From positions 48,078 to 112,077 of the forward strand of contig MEDT01000038.1 in assembly GCA_001724175.1 (NCBI GenBank): 64,000 nt of DNA, in the 5' to 3' direction. Under the pieces are notes generated by a model, which saw only the letters and a program-made list of their open reading frames with translations, ran no database searches and was not told the origin of the DNA. Shown piece after piece: positions 60,201 through 64,000 of this stretch; positions within the stretch are counted from its first letter, which is position 1; every line of letters begins with the position of its first letter. Made by a program: the position numbers and the translations under genes. Source of the stretch: Cytophagaceae bacterium SCN 52-12 (GTDB lineage Bacteria; Bacteroidota; Bacteroidia; Cytophagales; Spirosomataceae).

Positions 60201-60432
60201 TCGCCAGATAACCGCCGGATATGACTTCACCCGGCTGCTGCCTTCGAGCTTCTTCGTAAAAGGGCTCCGGCTCAACTTCGTGGCGAACAATGTTGCCGTG
60301 CTGAAAAAATGGACCGAAAATATGGACCCGGAAATGCTGTTCAACGCTTCCGATAATGCCACCGGTCTCGATTTCTGGCCAAGCCTGCCCCTGACCCGTT
60401 CGATGGGCTTCAACCTGAGCGCGAAGTTTTAG
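57289..60432 (+). CDS. SusC/RagA TonB-dependent transporter
   Basis: EVVVTALGI, PLIVINGVP, LKGATAAALYGSRA.DGVVMITTK, terminal LSAKF. Confidence 0.96.
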   Translation: MKLTSTLFSGLFLLLLASAAGAQTRVTGKVTSPDGQPLPGVNVLVSGTSTGTVTDVNGVYAVNAGPDAELVFSYIGFVTQQVRTGARTVIDIQLEEEDRNLAEVVVTALGIKREAKTLGYATASVNAEQIAVNRSPNLLSTLQGKMAGVNISTMSTGPAGTAKIRIRGQSSFSGQNSPLIVINGVPVDNSNYALGGDYSASRITNRSDGGDGMASINPDDIESMTVLKGATAAALYGSRAKDGVVMITTKSGGTGKGWGIDYNLNFTTDTPLDFTDFQYEYGQGEGGVRPNDPNSQPTSGVWSFGEKFEPGMTQYLFDGEEWPYEPVRNRIRKFYNVGTNFTNTVTVSNSGANGGFSLSFANTDNKGIVPNSRFNRKTINLGFNQKINSKLTALGNINYSLEDNKNPPQVDAQDFATATVIYTLANSMPFEALKANQVHANGAEFEFARFKVRNNPYYSVNYHKENIDRNRLFGNVALKWDITKWLYLQGRVAQDYYVRNQDYNIPNGYAPIAAAPSGYVNGAYVQDVRKFTERNIDFLLGGNHTFGDIGIDATFGGNTRYVKMDFNSVAVQDFVQPGLYTVMNGRVKDPLYSLSEKKINSLYGAATISYKEFLYLNLTARNDWFSTLAPENRSILYPSITGSFVFSQAFPELPGWISFGKLRAAYAEVGDDNVAPYSNALYYAVNNNMATTPSGQSVPVGGINASSIPNRNLKPLRVKESEVGMEMKFFSNRAGLDFTYYHKITEDQILAAQVSDASSYTNKLINVGRSMNQGIEMLLTFAPVQKKDFSWDVNFNVSYNTSKVLKLGLSENDTVITAGGGGGRVLNQVVGKPIGQLYTFYYLRDAQGRQVFDKASGLALRDEVLRNVGSALPRYFGGITNSFNYKGIMVSALIDFKLGHKIIGGQNQNYLRHGLHKKTLVGRAEGYVIGEGVNPDGEVNQTKALVQPFYERPNVIGVHEDMVFNAGHWKLRQITAGYDFTRLLPSSFFVKGLRLNFVANNVAVLKKWTENMDPEMLFNASDNATGLDFWPSLPLTRSMGFNLSAKF

Positions 60433-60580
60433 GTGTGGGGTATTAGGTTTTAGGTTTTAGGCTTTTTAGGCTGACAATAAATCATTTATAAATTTAACAA
60501 TGGCAATGAGCTGTAAGGTTTTAGGTTGAGGCCGGGCCGATGGACAAGCGCTAACACCTGACAGCTAATAGCTTAAACCT
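60426..60580. repeat. Heptamer arrays and inverted repeat in the susC-susD spacer
   Basis: (GTTTTAG)-type array starting at the susC TAG; 60509-60524 is complementary to 60551-60566 at 14/16 positions. Confidence 0.8.
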
Positions 60581-60588
60581 TGATACAA

Positions 60589-62130
60589 ATGAAAAAGACT
60601 TTCAATATCCTGGGCCTGTGCCTCGCCCTTCACCTGCTTGCAGCGTGCGACGCCGGATTTGATGAAATCAATACCAACAAGGTCAATCCTACGTCCCTGT
60701 CGCCCGATTTTGTGCTGAACAAGGCCATTCTGGATGCGACCTATACGCAGGGGACAGAAACGCTGCAGATGCTGAATTATCATTTTGGTATCGTCCAGCA
60801 GATCATCACTCCTTACGGCAGCTCCCTGGCCGGCGCCAATTACAACCAGTTTGTAGCGGCCAATATCGTCCAGCTATGGCAGATTTTTTACCGTAACGTC
60901 GTGAAGCAGATCGTAGATGTGGCAGAAGTCACAAAAGGAGACGACAGCCGGCACAACCTCCACCAGATGGCCAGGATCTGGAAAGCATATGCCTTTATGA
61001 TCCTGACCGACAACCACGGGGACATTCCTTACAGTGAAGCGGGGAAAGGCTACCTGGAAGAAATCATATCGCCCGAGTATGATACGCAGCAGTCGATCTA
61101 CATGGATCTCCTGAAAGAGCTGGACGAAGCTTCGGCAGCGCTCGATCCGGCCAGAGACAAGGTTACGACCGAGATACTTTATGGAGGCGATGTCGCAAAA
61201 TGGAAGAAATTCGGGTACTCGCTCCTGTTGCGGGCAGCTATGAGATTATCGAAAGTAGACCCGGCCACCGCACAGTCGTATGTGACCAAAGCCGTGACCG
61301 GCGGCCTCATTTCATCCAATGCGGACAACGCCGTAACCCGCCATTCGGCGCTCTACAACAACTGGGTATCCAATCATCTGGCAGCCAGGGAAAAAACCAA
61401 CTATTACCTGACCGAGCCTTTCGTCAATTACCTGAAAGAAAACAACGATCCCCGGCTGCGCGTATTTGCCGTCAGGCACGTAGGCGCATCCAGCGGAACA
61501 GACCAGACAGCCGCCCGGCAATCCAGCGACCCGGCGGTCCAGGTCGGCATGCCGATGGGCTACGACGACGTTTCGATACGGACCACCTATGCTGCAAAAG
61601 GAGTAGTGAGCCTTTGGGACTACACGCAAGCCAATTTCAATACCGTGCTGCTGCTGGATGCGCCCGAATTTCACGTCACCTATTCCCAGACCCAGCTTTT
61701 GCTGGCAGAAGCGGCGCACAGGGGCTGGACAAGCGGAGATCCCGCAGCCCTGTTTAAAAATGGGGTAAAGGCCAACCTGGAGCAGCTCTCGGCATACGGC
61801 CCGGCATCCGTCATACCGGCGGGGGCAATAGACACCTATCTTGCCGCGCACCCGCTCAGGGCCGGCAGGGAGCTCGAGGACATCAATACGCAATACTGGG
61901 TTTCTTCTTTCCTGTGCGGACCTGAGGTATTTGCCAATTTCAGGCGAAGCGACTACCCTGCTCTCAAGAAAAACCCCTATCCGGGATCGGAATTGCAGGG
62001 AGAAGATTTTATCAGGCGGATCCCTTACCCCGACACCGAGATTGTCGTCAACCAGGCAAACCTCAACGAAGCCATCGCCAGGCAGGGCGCCAATACCCTC
62101 AGTACCAGGGTCTGGTGGGATAAAAAGTAG
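60589..62130 (+). CDS. SusD-like lipoprotein
   Basis: Lipobox LAAC, LTD.HGDIPYSEA, LLLAEA, INTQYW, VWWDK. Confidence 0.94.
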   Translation: MKKTFNILGLCLALHLLAACDAGFDEINTNKVNPTSLSPDFVLNKAILDATYTQGTETLQMLNYHFGIVQQIITPYGSSLAGANYNQFVAANIVQLWQIFYRNVVKQIVDVAEVTKGDDSRHNLHQMARIWKAYAFMILTDNHGDIPYSEAGKGYLEEIISPEYDTQQSIYMDLLKELDEASAALDPARDKVTTEILYGGDVAKWKKFGYSLLLRAAMRLSKVDPATAQSYVTKAVTGGLISSNADNAVTRHSALYNNWVSNHLAAREKTNYYLTEPFVNYLKENNDPRLRVFAVRHVGASSGTDQTAARQSSDPAVQVGMPMGYDDVSIRTTYAAKGVVSLWDYTQANFNTVLLLDAPEFHVTYSQTQLLLAEAAHRGWTSGDPAALFKNGVKANLEQLSAYGPASVIPAGAIDTYLAAHPLRAGRELEDINTQYWVSSFLCGPEVFANFRRSDYPALKKNPYPGSELQGEDFIRRIPYPDTEIVVNQANLNEAIARQGANTLSTRVWWDKK

Positions 62131-62156
62131 TTTTAGCAGGAATCTGCCTCTAATGA

Positions 62157-62180
62157 GTAGCCCCGGGTTTCAACCCGGGG
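62157..62180 (+). repeat. REP-like palindrome, copy 2 (GTAG-CCCCGGGTT-TC-AACCCGGGG)
   Basis: Perfect 9-bp inverted repeat preceded by GTAG, intergenic. Confidence 0.75.
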
Positions 62181-62211
62181 ACCTTATTATTAAATCAAAC
62201 AATAGCAGCAT

Positions 62212-63552
62212 ATGAAAAATGAAAGACGAGAAGCATTGAAAACGCTGGGGCTTGGCGCCTCTGCCGGATTACTTTCCCTGTTCGGGGGAACAGCGCAGGC
62301 GCGGGGAAACTACGAGACTCCCGCTTATGCGAAAGGCATGGCTCCCGTTAAGATAAAAAACATTAAAGCCATCGTGACGGCGCCCCAGGGTTCCAACCTG
62401 ATTACCGTCAAGGTCGAAACCACAGAGCCCGGCCTGTACGGCCTGGGCTGCGCTACCTTTACCCAGCGCGCCTTTGCTGTTGTGACCGCCATCGAAAAAT
62501 ACCTTAACGAGCTTTGTGTAGGCAGGGATGTAGACCAGATAGAAGATACCTGGCAGGCAATTTATGTAAGCTCCTACTGGCGGAACGGGCCGGTGCTGAA
62601 CAACGCCTTGTCGGGGCTTGACCAGGCTTTGTGGGACATCAAAGGCAAAAGGGCCGGTATGCCGGTGTACCAGCTGCTGGGCGGGAAGTGCAGGTTTGCG
62701 ATCCCGACCTACACGCACGCCGGGGGCAAAACGCCCGAAGAAGCCGTTGAAAGCGTGAAGAAATTCATGGAAGAAGGCTTTAAATACATCCGTATCCAGC
62801 AGGGCGGGTACGGCGCCGTGGGCAGCGTGTCGCGCAAGCCCGATTTCAAGGAAGCAGGTTTCGGCGGAGAAACCGACAATTATATGAACGAGCGGTTTTA
62901 CCTGAAATCCGTACCCGAAATGTTTGCGGCGGTCCGGAAGCATTGCGGGGAGGAGGTCCAGCTGCTGCACGACATCCACGAGCGCCTCCAGCCCATGGAC
63001 GCCATCAACCTGATCAAACGGCTGGAGGAATACAGCCCGTTTTTCGTTGAAGACCCGTTCTCGCCTGAAAACATGAAGTGGTTTAAACTGCTGAGACAGA
63101 CCACTTCCGTACCGCTGGCGATGGGAGAGCTTTTCAACAATATCAACGAGTTTTTGGAGCCGATGGTCAACCAGTGGTTTGATTATATCAGGATCCACGT
63201 ATCCCAGATAGGCGGCATCACACCTGCCATGAAAGTAGCCAGGCTGGGAGAATTCTTCAATATCCGCACGGCCTGGCACGGCCCCGGCGATGTGACGCCC
63301 ATCGGGCATGCCGCCAACGCGCACATCGATTTTGCCGTGTGGAACTTCGGCATACAGGAAGCGGTACGCTTCAATGAGCAGACACAGGAAGTATTCTCGG
63401 GCTGTCCCACGATGAAAAACGGCTATATGTACGTAAACGAAGTGCCGGGCCTGGGAGTGGATATCAATGAAAAGGCAGCCGCCAAATTCCCGATCACCTC
63501 TCGCTCGAACTGGCAGGTAAGGAAAGAGGACGGAACGATCATCAGGCCCTAG
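62212..63552 (+). CDS. RspA/ManD-family acid-sugar dehydratase with twin-arginine-like signal
   Basis: ERREALK...AQA signal; G.GCATF, YWRNGPV, LLHDIHERL, VEDP, MGELF, TAWHGPGD. Confidence 0.9.
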   Translation: MKNERREALKTLGLGASAGLLSLFGGTAQARGNYETPAYAKGMAPVKIKNIKAIVTAPQGSNLITVKVETTEPGLYGLGCATFTQRAFAVVTAIEKYLNELCVGRDVDQIEDTWQAIYVSSYWRNGPVLNNALSGLDQALWDIKGKRAGMPVYQLLGGKCRFAIPTYTHAGGKTPEEAVESVKKFMEEGFKYIRIQQGGYGAVGSVSRKPDFKEAGFGGETDNYMNERFYLKSVPEMFAAVRKHCGEEVQLLHDIHERLQPMDAINLIKRLEEYSPFFVEDPFSPENMKWFKLLRQTTSVPLAMGELFNNINEFLEPMVNQWFDYIRIHVSQIGGITPAMKVARLGEFFNIRTAWHGPGDVTPIGHAANAHIDFAVWNFGIQEAVRFNEQTQEVFSGCPTMKNGYMYVNEVPGLGVDINEKAAAKFPITSRSNWQVRKEDGTIIRP

Positions 63553-63573
63553 CGAAAATAACTTCCCGGTACC

Positions 63574-64000
63574 ATGCAGAAAAAGAGGGTGTCACTGAAA
63601 GATATCGCTGAAAAGGCAGGCGTCTCGACCGCCCTTGTTTCCTATGTTCTCAACAAAAAGAAAAACCGGGTTGGGAAAGAAATGGCTGAAAAGATCAGCA
63701 GGATCGCGAAAGAGCTGAACTACGAGCCGCACCATGTTGCGAAAAGCCTCAGAAGCGGTAAAACTTATACGATCGGCCTGATCATCGCAGACATTTCAAA
63801 TCCTTTTTTTGCCAATATCGCCCGGGTAGTGGAAGATGAAGCGAAAAAATTCGGGTATACGGTCATCATCGGCAGCTCCGACGAGAACGCTGAAAAGTCG
63901 TGGGATCTCCTGAATGTGCTCCTCAACCGGCAGGTCGACGGATTCATTATCGTCTCTGCCGAAAATTCGCAGAACAACATCATTTTCCTGAAGGAGAAAA
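63574..64000 (+). CDS. LacI-family transcriptional regulator (runs off window)
   Basis: Not in the ORF track. Manual translation: MQKKRVSLKDIAEKAGVSTALVSYVLN...AKSLRSGKTYTIGLIIADISNPFF. Confidence 0.95.
   Translation, partial: MQKKRVSLKDIAEKAGVSTALVSYVLNKKKNRVGKEMAEKISRIAKELNYEPHHVAKSLRSGKTYTIGLIIADISNPFFANIARVVEDEAKKFGYTVIIGSSDENAEKSWDLLNVLLNRQVDGFIIVSAENSQNNIIFLKEK

Noticed and set aside
1-64000. rRNA, tRNA, IS elements, integrases, prophage or defence genes
   Set aside because: None recognised by eye; tRNAscan, Infernal and DefenseFinder would be needed to exclude them formally.

Overview
Chromosomal segment from a Bacteroidota bacterium, probably Cytophagales (inferred from SusC/SusD pairs, a T9SS C-terminal domain, TAnnTTTG promoters and Bacteroidota-type ParE). 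Layout: (1) parE (topoisomerase IV subunit B), partial, minus strand. (2) A ~24.6 kb surface-glycan locus (1985-26568): SLBB export protein, Wzz/KpsE-like protein, Wzm/Wzt, DegT aminotransferase, GT-C-like membrane protein, WbqC, acyltransferases, about 9 glycosyltransferase-like genes, a Wzy/WaaL-like protein, an SGNH protein and a WecA-like initiator. (3) Housekeeping and accessory genes (MFS, YigZ, DUF2480, rnhB, Bat-like vWA/DUF58 operon, polyprenol-P-mannose synthase, carboxyspermidine dehydrogenase-like, ruvX), with decaying pieces: a split T9SS cargo gene, an orphan ParD-like ORF, an orphan TPR histidine kinase and a TonB-receptor pseudogene. (4) From 42.3 kb to the end, two adjacent SusC/SusD loci with no glycoside hydrolase or lyase in the window. 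They carry a phosphodiesterase, a mutarotase-like protein, a PQQ dehydrogenase with an inserted cytochrome c, two enolase-superfamily acid-sugar dehydratases with twin-arginine-like signals, and a LacI regulator with two candidate operators. The best candidates for something undescribed are this putative periplasmic oxidative sugar/sugar-acid system and 7-nt tandem arrays that begin exactly at stop codons. No rRNA, tRNA, CRISPR array, integrase or transposase was seen. All calls come from reading motifs by eye; no searches were run.
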